DNA of 64,000 bases from Octopus vulgaris (Eukaryota): assembly GCA_951406725.2 (NCBI GenBank), contig OX597820.1, forward strand, positions 118,668,001-118,732,000. The letters run 5' to 3'. This document shows, piece after piece, positions 1 to 11,728 of the stretch. Position 1 is the first letter of the stretch, and each line of letters opens with the position of its first letter. The notes below the pieces were generated by a model that searched no databases, was not told the DNA's origin, and worked only from the letters and a program-made list of their open reading frames with translations. A program made the translations under genes and the position numbers.

Positions 1-452
1 CAGCAAATATTCTGCTCAATACCACAGATTTGCTTGTCAGTTGTTTGACCTTAACCAGTTGAGCATGTCCCTTAGTGGCTGACGATATGTGCATCTCTGA
101 TCACGAGCAGAAGTAGTGGGGGAGCATCATAGCCATGTGTTGAGAGGGATTCTTTGGGGTTTGAATAATTCACCTCTGGAAACATGGGTGGTTCTTTCAA
201 CATCCTTAAACAACCCTTATTCAGGGACCTTTTGAGCAGGATGGGCTACTCAACCTGAAGAAAATTCTAACTGGACCCCACCTGCAAGGTCATGTGCTGT
301 TTATCTTGATATGAGATCACCATGTCGCGCACATATGGTTGTGATGCATGTGCCTGGTGTACCTTTATCCGACGGGTAGTCATGATGGGTATATTGGGCT
401 TCGTATATTTTACCCCAGTGTCACTTTGATGACATGCACTGCTCTCTTACTC
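1..452 (+). mobile_element. ~550-bp non-coding interspersed element inserted in (AAT)n (cut by window start)
   Basis: Near-identical to 11141-11588 and followed directly by (AAT)n. A diverged inverted copy lies at ~28125-28450. Confidence 0.8.
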
Positions 453-473
453 AATAATAATAATAATAATAAT

Positions 474-1120
<647 letters not shown>

Positions 1121-1180
1121 ATAGTTTTATTTTTATAGCGCAGCTGTGTGTGCCTTGGGTATGTGCTGTGATTTGTTGTG

Positions 1181-1558
1181 GTGCTCTGATGGTTAATACA
1201 GTAACCATCATAAAAATAAAACTACTGAATAATAATAATTATAGGTTCTGAGGTATTCGGTAAAATTTACATTATTCTACAACTGTACAATGCCTACATC
1301 GAATCATTAACCGCAAACTGCGTCTGCCTTAATCTCCACAAACTTACAAATACAAGTCATTTCCATAGACATTTGGAAATGACTTGTATTTGTAAGTTTG
1401 TGGAGATTAAGGCAGACGCAGTTTGCGGTTAATGATTCGATGTAGGCATTGTACAGTTGTAGAATAATGTAAATTTTACCGAATACCTCAGAACCTATAA
1501 TTATTATTATTCAGTAGTTTTATTTTTATGATGGTTACTGTATTAACCATCAGAGCAC
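1181..1558. repeat. Long perfect inverted repeat (185-bp arms, 8-nt spacer)
   Basis: 1181-1365 is the reverse complement of 1374-1558. Spacer is TAGACATT. Confidence 0.9.
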
Positions 1559-1742
1559 ATATATATGTACATATATACGACAGGCTTCTTTCAGTTTCCG
1601 TCTACCAAATCCACTCACAAGGCTTTGGTCGGCCCGAGGCTATAGCAGAAAACACTTGCCCAAGGTGCCACGCAGTGGGACTGAACCCGGAACCGTGTGG
1701 TTGGTTAGCAAGCTACTTACCACACAGCCACTCCTGCGCCTA
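1559..1742 (-). mobile_element. SINE family A (tRNA head + CORE-like ACCTTGGGCAAG), 5' half
   Basis: Minus strand reads GGCGCAGGAGTGGCTGTGTGG (A box) ... GGTTCAGTCCC (B box) ... ACCTTGGGCAAGTG. Truncated in its internal (TA)n. Confidence 0.85.
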
Positions 1743-2210
1743 CATTATTAAGAACAACAACATCTGGAGATTTTTACTTAGGGACAAAACCGTTTCGATC
1801 TTACAAACTTATGATGGAAGGTGTACAAGCCATGATATTTTACTGTGATTTCTTTTCCAATAGGAACGGTTTACCCTATGCCAGTGGTTCACACACTGAC
1901 AAACACCAGCACAATTACCAAATTTTGTGGAATTTTTTGTTCCGAAGTCCTTGTTATTAATGACTTCTGATTTCCATAGAGGGTCAGCGGTTTTGAAGGA
2001 AGATTAGATGGCGGTGCCATCGGTACCAGTATTTCCTCGCATTTATTTTCATCAACCAAGAAGTAACGAACGTAGCGGACCTAGCATGAGATCTCGTGGC
2101 ACTCGAAGAAAATTCTTCCCTGTCAAAATATAGTGCGTCTACCTAGTCATACATACATACATACATACATATATACATACATACATACATGTATTCATAC
2201 ATACATACAT

Positions 2211-2767
2211 GGTGGCTGCCCCCTCGTTATCGAGTATGACCATTGCACGAAGCTTAATCAATATTGTTATAGTGCAATGCTTGTGCAAGAAGATTTTTTT
2301 TAAAGTGAGAAAATGCTGTGCACTGAGTCAATCCCACTCACTAAGCAACAGCAGCCATAATCCGAAAAGAAGGACAAGTCAACATCATCGGTAACCACTG
2401 AGCCGCAGGTTTTATGTCGGAGTTATCCCAGTTACCTGAGTTACCTTCTCCTAGAAGGATGCTCTAACAAAGCCTAGGAGTCCTTCACTCCCAATGGTTT
2501 AACCGCGCGATCGGGTATTCAGGCTGATTATTTCTATGTCCCCGCACATGATACAGCCTTAAGACATTTATTGGATGGCCGTTGACTCTCAAGAGTTACT
2601 CCGCCCTTTGACGGGTTTTGTTTTTCATCCCGCAGGGTGTCCAATAAACACCCTCCTCACCAAGCAAGCTTGGTGGGGTTGCCGGTTTAGTCGCCGACGA
2701 CCCGACCATGCAACAGGTTGTACTGGGTTACATGTTACCAGTAGCACTCGAAAGTGACCTGACATGT
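2211..2767 (-). mobile_element. Non-autonomous RTE-like element (5'UTR-derived) in (ACAT)n
   Basis: GC-richer block between (CATA)n tracts. Minus strand has GGCGACTAAACC and CTAGGAGAAGGTAACTC, motifs typical of RTE 5' UTRs (from recall). No ORF. Confidence 0.5.
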
Positions 2768-2937
2768 CATACATACATACATACATACATACATACATAC
2801 ATACATACGTGCATATATGTATATATATATATATATATATATAAATTCAGCAAAATTTAGATTCAAATGAATATGGTACTTAAGTTAGATGCACCAGAAT
2901 TTTGCATGGTGTTATCCATATAAATCCATGGGATGGT

Positions 2938-3109
2938 TATAGTCAAAATAAGTAACAAAAATAACTTCGGTAATTTGGTACGATCGCTTCATGCTACATC
3001 ATTTTATTAAATGTTGTAAGTATTACAACATACTTACAACATTTAATAAAATGATGTAGCGTGAAACGATCGTACCAAATTACCGAAGTTATTCTTGTTG
3101 CTTATTTTG

Positions 3110-3114
<5 letters not shown>
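2938..3114. repeat. Inverted repeat (~86-bp arms) carrying the 3' half of an HHR (GAAAC-GATC-GTA)
   Basis: 2938-3023 vs 3030-3114 with few mismatches. The host element (~2824-3114) is flanked by (TA)n. Confidence 0.8.
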
Positions 3115-3181
<67 letters not shown>

Positions 3182-3264
3182 TATATATATATATATGTAG
3201 GTCCCGGGTTGAGTCGGGGTTAACCACAGTAAATAAGGTACTCAATACATAGCAGAGTAAACTA

Positions 3265-3390
3265 ATTTATTTTATAGAAGGAGCTTCTACAGGACTAGAA
3301 CTGTTTCATTCAAAAGAAATCATCAGGAAGCTGATGATTTCTTTTGAATGAAACAGTTCTAGTCCTGTATAAGCTCCTTCTATAAAATAA

Positions 3391-3392
<2 letters not shown>
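3265..3392. repeat. Inverted repeat (62-bp arms) with a CTGATGA...GAAAC HHR-like core on both strands
   Basis: 3265-3326 vs 3331-3392, one mismatch, GAAG loop. Flanked by (TA)n. Confidence 0.85.
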
Positions 3393-3437
<45 letters not shown>

Positions 3438-4112
3438 TACATACATACGTACGTATGTACACAACTTTCGCTGTGTACATATGTGAATGCCTAACTGACA
3501 GTCTGGATAAGTTTGGATTTTCAGAAAAGGAAATCAACCAAGTAACACACACAGTACAAGTACAAAAATATGCAAGACTTTCCACAAGTTAACAATTTGA
3601 CGGCTGAATAATGGCCATCCCTCACGAACAGGAAAAAAAACAGCCTAGTCAATGAGATGCCAGGCACTTTCATCTGCAAACGTTCTATATCAAGCCTTTC
3701 AACAAAAGGACAATCGTACTAGAAGACAATTTGCCTGAAGCGGAGGATGAGTCCAAAAACATACAGGTGGAGAGCGAATATATTGATCCCACTGCAGCAT
3801 CTGTGACTTCACTCATAGGATAGGCCGATGGGTGAGGTGCATTGCTGCCATTTTAGAAATTGAACTTAAAATCATAGACACATTATATTAAATGCTGTAT
3901 ATTGTCAGCTTACTTTGTTCATCCCACTTATACCTCAACGTTATCAGACGTACATACAAACATGCGACACACATACACGCACTCACTTATGTATATATAT
4001 ACATATGTATAAACAGACATATACATATGTATATATGTATGATATATATATTATATATATATATATATATAATATATATAAATATATATTTTATATATAT
4101 ATATATTATATA

Positions 4113-4178
<66 letters not shown>

Positions 4179-4327
4179 TTATATATATATATATTATATA
4201 TATATATATTTATACATACACACACACATATATATTTATGTGTGGATATATATTAGTAAATATATATGTATGCGCATATATATATGTATGTGATTAGAAA
4301 TAAATTGAAATGTGTACTTGACTGTCT

Positions 4328-4369
<42 letters not shown>

Positions 4370-5217
4370 TGTGTATGTGTGTGTTGTGTATACAGCGAAA
4401 CATTTTCTAAAAATCCTTGTACTCATTGATAGTTGAAATTCTTTTAGATTTATTGAGAAAATTTAATTATCACAGTCTGCATGAAGTCTAATTTAAAACT
4501 TGCTGTTAATTATCGTTGAGAGCTTTCAGCATTTATTATCTCGATACTTCAATTCGTTTCTTATTCAATGTTTCGTAGAGTGTTTAGAGTGAGTTTGTGC
4601 GCGTGCAAGTGTGTATGCCGTTTGTTGTGTGTGAAAGTGATAAAGCGAGCGATCGTGTGCAGGAGAAGCAATGATAGAAGAACTAAATCTACGAAGAAAG
4701 AAGAGTGGAGAGGAAGAGTTGTAAAATATATGTTATAGTAAATACGTTACATAAGAAATTGTTGGTTCGTAATAGAATGTAGAATGAATGTCGGATATTT
4801 AAGGGCATGGAGTTTAAGACGGATTCTCTAAATATACGCACTAATAGGGTGAAGAGAAACTCGTTGCCTCGGAGTACACACACGAGCACACATACACACA
4901 AAAGAATGCACACTCACACAAGCATACATACACATACGATCGTACATGCACACACATGCACACATATAAACATATACAAGAATATTTAATTTCAGAAACT
5001 TAAAGGGGCCTCGATATAAATGCTAGAGTTTATATATTTAGTAAGATATTCGTCCCCAGACCATTATGGTTACTTGGAGGTGCAGGCCAAGTGATTAAAG
5101 AATAAATGAAATTGAGGTGGGTACTAGAAATCTCAGTGGTCCTTGGTGATATTGTTTCCTACGATAAAATGTGAGTTTACTAACACACACATACATTATT
5201 CATTCGTAATATTACTG

Positions 5218-5700
5218 GAGGCGGCGAGCTGGCAGAAATGTTAGCACGCCGGGCGAAATGCTTATCGGTATTTCATCTGCCGCTACGTTCAGAGTTCAAA
5301 TTCCGCCGAGGTCGACTTTGCCTTTCATCCTTTCGGGGTCGATAAATTAAGTACCAGTTATGCACTGGTGTCTATGTAATCGACTTAATCCGTTTGTCTG
5401 TCCTTGTTTGTGCTCTCTGTGTTTAGCCCCTTGTGGGTAGTAAAGAAATAGGTAATTCGTCTGCTGTTACGTTCTGAGTCCAAATTCCGCCGAGGTCGAC
5501 TTTGCCTTTCATCCATTCGGGGTCGATTAAATAAGTACCAGTTACGCACTGGGGTCAATATAATCGACTTAATCCGTTTGTCTGTCCTTGTTTGTCCTGT
5601 CTGTGTCGATAAAATAACTCCCATTTGATCCCTGGGGTGAAAGTAATCGACTTACTTCTCCCTCTAAATTGCTGGCCTTGTGCCGAATCTTGAAATCGAT
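5218..5700 (+). mobile_element. SINE family B (tRNA-like head, GCCTTTCATCCTTTCGGGGTCGAT core), head + duplicated body
   Basis: GGCGGCGAGCTGGCAGAA...GAGTTCAAATTCC. Body repeats after ...AAAGAAATA|GGTAATTC at 5451. Confidence 0.85.
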
Positions 5701-6019
5701 GTTACTGGAACTTATTCGTCGGTGAGTCACAGCCTTCCTCTCCCTGTAAAGTAGTTTCAGCCCTTAAAGCTTTGACTCCGTGTTGCTTACTACACTTTTG
5801 TTCAGGTATATTGTTTCTTACCTTAAAATGTGAGTTTACTAACACACACACACATACACACACACACAAGCGCACTGAGACACGCATTTCTCTTGTTGCC
5901 GTGCTGGGTCGATTTGTGTCTGTTAAGACTGTTCTTATGACAATATCTTCAATTTGCCCATTTCAGAGTTTTCAGACGTAATATTATAAACACATAAAGG
6001 ATCTTTCATTTAAAAAAAA

Positions 6020-6440
6020 TCTTTTACTTGTTTCAGTCATTAGCCATGCTGGGGCACCGTTCTGAAGAATTGTTTTAGTCGAATGAATCGACCCCTATAC
6101 TCAATGTTTTAAAGCTTGGTACGTATTTCATCTGTGTCTTGTGCCAAAGCGGTAAGTCACGGGGACATAAACACACCAGCACCGGTTACTAAGTAGTAGT
6201 GATGGTGATGGTAGTGGAGAAAACCCAACGCAAAGATACACACAAACACACACACACACACAAACACACACATGCACACACACATGCACACACATAACGA
6301 GCTTCTTTCAGTTTCCGCCTAACAAATCCACTAACAAGGCTTTGGTTAGCCCAAGACACACAAAGTGCCGTGCAGGAAGATTGAATTCGGAACCATGTGG
6401 TTGGGGAGCAAACTTCTTACCACACAGCCACGCCTGCGTC
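6020..6440 (-). mobile_element. SINE family A, diverged
   Basis: Aligns by eye along its full length with 10249-10666. Confidence 0.75.
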
Positions 6441-6709
6441 TGTATACTGTATTCCTGGGTCGGGTCTAAACGTGTATTCTTTGTGGTTAAATATAATCTT
6501 TAATGTCTTTTCCCGGACTCTTGTAAGCTTTATCGGACGGCATTGACTCGTCATATAGAGGCTCTATATATCAACGATTCAAGGAGTTGTGAGACCCGTG
6601 AACTCTCCTCAGTTGGAAGCTGATTGTCTCCATATGAGACAGACGTGGGTGGGGTGAGATTATCTTGCGTGTTTCAGTTTAGATTGAGTGATGTCTGAAA
6701 TTATATTTC

Positions 6710-6925
6710 TTTTACCTGTTTCAGTTATTAGACTGCGGCCCTGCTGGAGCACCGACTTTAGGAATTTTAGTAGAACAAATCAACCGCACGACTTATTTTT
6801 TTGTTAAACTTAGTACTGATTCTGTCGATCTCGTTTGCCGAACGACTATGTTAAGGGGATGTAAACATACCAGCGCCGGTTGTCAAGTGGTGACGGTGGG
6901 AAAAACACAATCACACACACACATT
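6710..6925 (-). mobile_element. SINE family A, 3' half, diverged
   Basis: TTTCAGTTATTAGACTGCGGCCCTGCTGGAGCACCG matches the family A tail. Confidence 0.7.
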
Positions 6926-7213
6926 AGGCTACAAACCCTCGGTCAGTGAAGAGAATAAAGACAAACTTAAGATAAAAACCACGAGCCTTGTGAAATGCAT
7001 CTACTCGTGGTTTCTTTGCCGAAACATTAATTTAATTCGTCAGTTTTCAAACCGGGAACAACACCGTTCGTCAGTTGTTTTATTTTCAAAGCAGATGTGA
7101 AATAAATTAATGCTTCAGTCAGGAAACACTGGGTGACACACACACACACACACACTCTCTCTCTCTCTCTTTCTATATATATACATATATATATAAATAT
7201 ATATATATATATA

Positions 7214-8049
7214 GTGACGTATATTTGCCATTTGAATATGGCTAACCCCTAAGGGTGGATGCTACTGTAGTTTGTAGCCCCAGGAGGACACCTCCTCCAG
7301 CTGGCTGTAGACACACTTTCTGTGCCCTATCAGTATTTGCGAAGGGAAGCCATCCTTCCCGTCTTCAACTTATGATACACACGGACTCGAGTTTCAGGGT
7401 ATTGACCCATCACCGGTGTGTGACAATCATAGTTGTCGATGAGAAGTCGGTTCCCTTCACAAATACATATACTTTTTCCAGTGTCCGTGTGTATCATAAG
7501 TTGAAGTCGGGAAGGATGGCTTCCCTTCGCAAATACTGATAGGGCACAGAAAGTGTGTCTATAGCCAGCTGGAGGAGGTGTCCTCCTGGAGCTACAAACT
7601 ACAGTAGCATCTACCCTTAGGGGTTAGCCATGTTCAAATGGCAAATATACGTCACGATGTGTTGCTGCTACTGTTTATAACTCGCTCTGAGATTTATCAT
7701 TGTTTGATTTCACTTTTTCAATATCAGTGTCAATCGATACTGGAAAAAGTATATGTATTTATGAAAGGAACCGACTTCTCATCGACAACTATGATTGTCA
7801 CACGCCTTGATGGGTCAAAACCCTGAAACTCGAGTCCGTGTGTATCATAAGATGAAGACGGGAAGGATGGCTTCCCTTCGCCAATACTGATAGGGCACAG
7901 AAAATGTGTCTATAGCCAGCTAGAGGAGGTGTCCTCCTGAGGCTACAAACTACAGTAGCATCCACCCTTAGGGGTTAGCCATATTCAAATGGCAAATATA
8001 CGTCACGATGTGTTGCTGCTACTGTTTATAACTCGCTCTGAGATTTATC

Positions 8050-8052
<3 letters not shown>
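7214..8052 (+). mobile_element. Retrozyme-like / non-autonomous PLE: inverted segment + 1.6 tandem copies of a 351-bp HHR unit
   Basis: 7486-7701 is repeated at 7837-8052 (offset 351). 7214-7485 is an inverted copy. (TA)n lies on both flanks. Confidence 0.8.
7799..7842 (+). ncRNA. Type I minimal hammerhead ribozyme, core degenerate
   Basis: CACACG-[CCTTGA]-T-GGG-TCAAAA-CCC-T-GAAAC-TCGA-GTC^CGTGTG. Stem I is 6 bp and loop 3 is palindromic. The inverted copy (~7377-7421) has CCGGTGA in place of CTGATGA. Confidence 0.65.
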
Positions 8053-8087
<35 letters not shown>

Positions 8088-8389
8088 TCCAAGAGAAAAG
8101 GAAGACGCAGACCATCCACCTGTGGTTACAGTTTGAAGATCGAGGTGTAGGAAGGCAGTCAGCTTCGAGCAATCCGTAGTAAATATAAAAAAAGCAACTT
8201 TCCGGAACAACAGTGGTTTATTGAGACGGAAGGTTGCCCATTATGTTTCTTTATCAATGAGCGACTAGTTATATTCCACGGTAAGCGACCAAGTTTGCGG
8301 AGTGTGCGAAAAAGAATACAGGAGTTTCAGAAGGAAGAAGGTAAAATCCTGACTACAAATTTTTCATAGTAAATGGAACCTCAAAAGTG

Positions 8390-8972
8390 GTATATGCGAA
8401 TGGCATTTTTCAGTTTCCGTCTACCAAAATTCACTCACAATGCTTTGAACAGCCCGAGGCTATAGTAGAAGACACTTGTCCAAGGTGCCACGCAATGGGA
8501 CTGAACCGGGAACCATGTGGTTGGGAAGCAAGCTTTTTACCACACAGACATACCTACGCGTATATACTCTCTCTTTCACACTTTTACTTGTTTCAGTCAT
8601 TTGACTGCGGCCATGCTGGAGCACCACCTTTAATCGAGCAACTCGACCCCGGGACTTATTCTTTTGTAAGCCCAGTACTTATTCTATCGGTCTCTTCTGC
8701 CGAACCGCTAAGTAACGGGGACATAAACACACCAGCATCGGTTGTCAAGCACTGCTAGGGGACAAACACAGACACACAAACACACACACGCATATATATA
8801 TACATATATACGACAGGCTTCTTTCAATTTCCGTCTACCAAATCCACTCACAAGGCTTTGGTCGGCCCGAGGCTATAGCAGAAGACACTTGCCCAAGTTA
8901 CCACGCAGAGGGACTGAACCGGGAACCATGTGGTTGGGAAGCAAGCTTCTTACCACACAGACATACCTACGC
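8390..8972 (-). mobile_element. SINE family A: one full copy (8580-8972) plus an adjacent head half (8390-8560)
   Basis: Family A similarity. Both heads share the variant end CAGACATACCTACGCG. Confidence 0.8.
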
Positions 8973-8989
8973 GAATATGTTAGGAAATA

Positions 8990-9400
8990 TCTTAGGATAT
9001 TGTGTGGCTGAGAAACGCCTATCTAATAAAGCAGGAATTATATAAAGGAGCCAAGCATCATGAAAGATATCTTGACTAAACCTCGGTTTTATTTGTGGCA
9101 CGTAAGAAAAAATGGTTGTTACCGGTAGAAAATCCTCTTCTGGAAGATGGGATATATAAACCACTTATTTCGTCAAGTAATTTGTGAATAAAATCGAGGG
9201 ATCGGTTTGAATAATATTGTATGAATGCAGTATCCTTGTTTGGTTTACTTCTGAATGGATGCTTGACTGTTGACTTCCCCAAATTAAAGTTTCCCGAGTT
9301 GAAACCACTTCTAATGGTGATTATCTCATTATGTTCCCTAAATCTGCATATTATGTCCTTCTACACCGACTGCATTTCAGTTCTCTTTTATTGTGTATTG
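8990..9400 (-). pseudogene. Degenerate Penelope-like RT C-terminal (thumb) fragment
   Basis: FNLGKSTVKHPFRSKPNKDTAFIQYYSNRSLDFIHKLLDEIS resembles the PLE motif FNL...KPYRKPN...YI...SNHP..I.K.LP..IS. Many stops. Confidence 0.5.
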
Positions 9401-10018
9401 TTCATAAAGGAGATATTGATTAATTAACGACAGCCTTCAAGAGCAAATTAGGTCGTTCCCCCTTCACTATTTATGACTGCATTATTTTGTAGTAAATATA
9501 TCCTATTAATTGGGGAAGGATGCTGTGTACACCTTCGCTGAAGAGCAGTTAACAAAGCACGAAACAGTCAGCATGAGTCTCATTCCCACATTCTTACACA
9601 CATCGGTGAGGCCAAAAGCATGGTGAGGGTTGCCGACAGCTTTCAAACCCTCGGCGAGCGGGAATCTGTCTATCAATGCATATGATAGCCGGACCCAGTG
9701 GAGCGCGTGGAGGAAACCAGTAGATTGATTGAACGAGCAGGAGAGCGAACAAACAAGCGTTGTGGAGGGCGAAAAGGCAGACAGACAAACATGAAGGACA
9801 CTGCGACCATCCACAGCATCTCGACTCATCTCTTGTCGTCTTGACTTCGTCCTACCACTGGAGTAAGATAGGAAGGGTCGACCGAGTGAGGCAGACGACG
9901 TTGCGGCACCCTCTCTCACTTAAATCCATTTTACACGAAAGTCAAGACATCATACCTTCTCCCATGGCATGGAAACGACGAACAAATGTAAATTCTTTGC
10001 AAAAAGCTAAGTTATTTA

Positions 10019-10080
10019 CATCCGGTATGCGGAACTTTCCATTGGTAGTACTACCAATGGAAAGTTCCGCATACCGGATG
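10019..10080. repeat. Perfect 62-bp palindrome
   Basis: CATCCGGTATGCGGAACTTTCCATTGGTAGT|ACTACCAATGGAAAGTTCCGCATACCGGATG. Confidence 0.95.
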
Positions 10081-10248
10081 CTAGCCAGTTAATGGGGCCA
10101 TCAGGAAAGAATGCCTGCCGTTTCGGGGGCCTTCTCCGCGGCCTCATTGTGCAACGTCCCACTCACTGAAGTGAGATCAACTCGTCATTAATATTAAAAT
10201 GTATAATTCTCCGTACAACAATGGGGAACAAAAGAAATTTTAACAATT

Positions 10249-10666
10249 ACTCTTTTACTCTTTTACTCATTTACTTGTTTCAGTCAGTTGACTGCGGCCA
10301 TGCTGGAGCACCGCCTTTAGTCGAGCAACTGGACCCCAGGACTTATTCTTTGTAAGCCCAGTACTTATTCTATCGGTCTCTTTTGCCGAACCGCTAAGTG
10401 ACGGGGACATAAACACACCAGCATCGGTTGTCAAGCAATGCTAGGAGTACAAACACAGACACACACATACACATACATACATATATATATATACATATAT
10501 ACGACGGGCTTCTTTCAGTTTCCGTCTACCAAATCCACTCACAAGGCATTGGTCGGCCCGGGGCTATAGTAGAAGACACTTGCCCAAGGTGCCACGCAGT
10601 GGGACTGAACCGGGAACCATGTGGTTGGTAAACAAGCTACTTACCACACAGCCACTCCTGCGCCTA
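10249..10666 (-). mobile_element. SINE family A, full length
   Basis: tRNA head at the right end and (AAAAGAGT)n-type tail at the left. Confidence 0.9.
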
Positions 10667-10781
10667 TAAAGAAAACAGTTCTGTATTTAAGAGATGAGGA
10701 ATTATGTAAATTGTTTACATTATTCACAATTGACAGATATTTGCCCATATCTTGTTTGTCGTTAACACAACGTTTCGGAAA

Positions 10782-10926
10782 AATGGAGACCACCTCCCTC
10801 TGTGGGAGGAAGTTAAGATAATAGGCAGAGAACACCACTGGAAAATACGAAAACTAAAAGAAGCAGCACATATGCTAGGACACAATAACCTCCTAAGCAG
10901 ACCGAGTGCAGATATGAGCAGCATAT
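10782..10926 (+). pseudogene. Penelope-like GIY-YIG endonuclease C-terminal fragment
   Basis: HLPLWEEVKIIGREHHWKIRKLKEAAHMLGHNNLLSR matches the PLE pattern H...W..V.I...E.....RK..EA.HI. Preceded by an inverted copy (10675-10778) of the HHR-proximal sequence at ~11715-11770. Confidence 0.7.
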
Positions 10927-10992
10927 GGCGTAGTGGTTAAGAGCGCGGGCCACTAACCCCAAGATTACGAGTTCGAATCGACGCTGAGACCT
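10926..10992 (+). promoter_or_regulatory. tRNA-derived Pol III internal promoter (A and B boxes)
   Basis: A box TGGCGTAGTGG and B box GAGTTCGAATC at tRNA-like spacing. No acceptor stem, so not a tRNA gene. Confidence 0.7.
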
Positions 10993-11039
10993 GAATAATA
11001 ATAATAGTAATAATGATAATAATAATAATGATAATAAAT

Positions 11040-11588
11040 GCCCTGATGCAGTACCAGGCAGCGGCTCTCATGGCTTCTGATCTTAACTGACTGGAAGTGT
11101 TATCATGTACATTGTTTTGTCTTGGTATAAAAGATGGGCTACAGCAAATATTCTGCTCAATACCACAGATTTGCTTGTCAGTTGTTTGACCGTAAGCAGT
11201 TGAGCATGTCCTTTAGTGGCTGACGATATGTGCATCTCTGATCACGAGTAGAAGTAGTGGGGGAGCATCATGTGTTGAGAGGGATTCTTTGGGGTTTGAA
11301 TAATTCACCTCTGGAAACATGGGTGTTTCATTCAACATCCTTAAACAACCCTTAATCAGGGACCTTTTGAGTGGGATGGGTTACCCAACCAGAAGAAAAT
11401 TCTAACTGGGCCCCACCTGCAAGGTCATGCGCTGTTTATCTTGTTATGAGATCACCATGTCGCGCACATATGGTTGTGATGCATGTGCCTGGTGTACCCT
11501 TATCAGACGGGTAGTCATGATGGGTATACTGGTCTTCGTATATTTGTACCCCAGTGTCACTTTGATGGCATGCACTGCTCTCTCACTC
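11040..11588 (+). mobile_element. ~550-bp non-coding element inserted in (AAT)n
   Basis: Same family as 1-452. (AAT)n on both sides. Confidence 0.85.
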
Positions 11589-11682
11589 AATAATAGTGAT
11601 AATAATAATAATAATAATGATAATAATAATAATAATCGAAGAATACCTTAGGAATGAGAACCGAGGTTCGAATTTTCCCCAA

Positions 11683-11728
11683 GACACCTAATGAAGGCTG
11701 GAGGGTTTATCAGCCGAAATGTTGTGTT
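11683..11728 (+). ncRNA. Minimal (dimer-type) hammerhead motif with two core substitutions
   Basis: GACAC-CTAATGA-A-GGCTG-loop-CAGCC-GAAAT-GTT^GTGTT. The inverted copy at ~10762-10778 retains the canonical GAAACGTTGTGTT. Confidence 0.65.

Noticed and set aside
5148-5860. ~45-bp direct repeat (AAAATGTGAGTTTACTAACACAC) around the SINE B dimer as a TSD or LTR
   Set aside because: It is not flush with the SINE ends and is too short for an LTR. Probably a small local duplication.
10926-10992. tRNA gene (also the heads of SINE families A and C)
   Set aside because: No paired acceptor stem, and the heads continue into SINE bodies.
11040-11110. HDV-like ribozyme at the 5' end of the 550-bp element
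   Set aside because: Only a short CCTG/CAGG pairing is visible. P1.1, P3 and J4/2 could not be assigned by eye.
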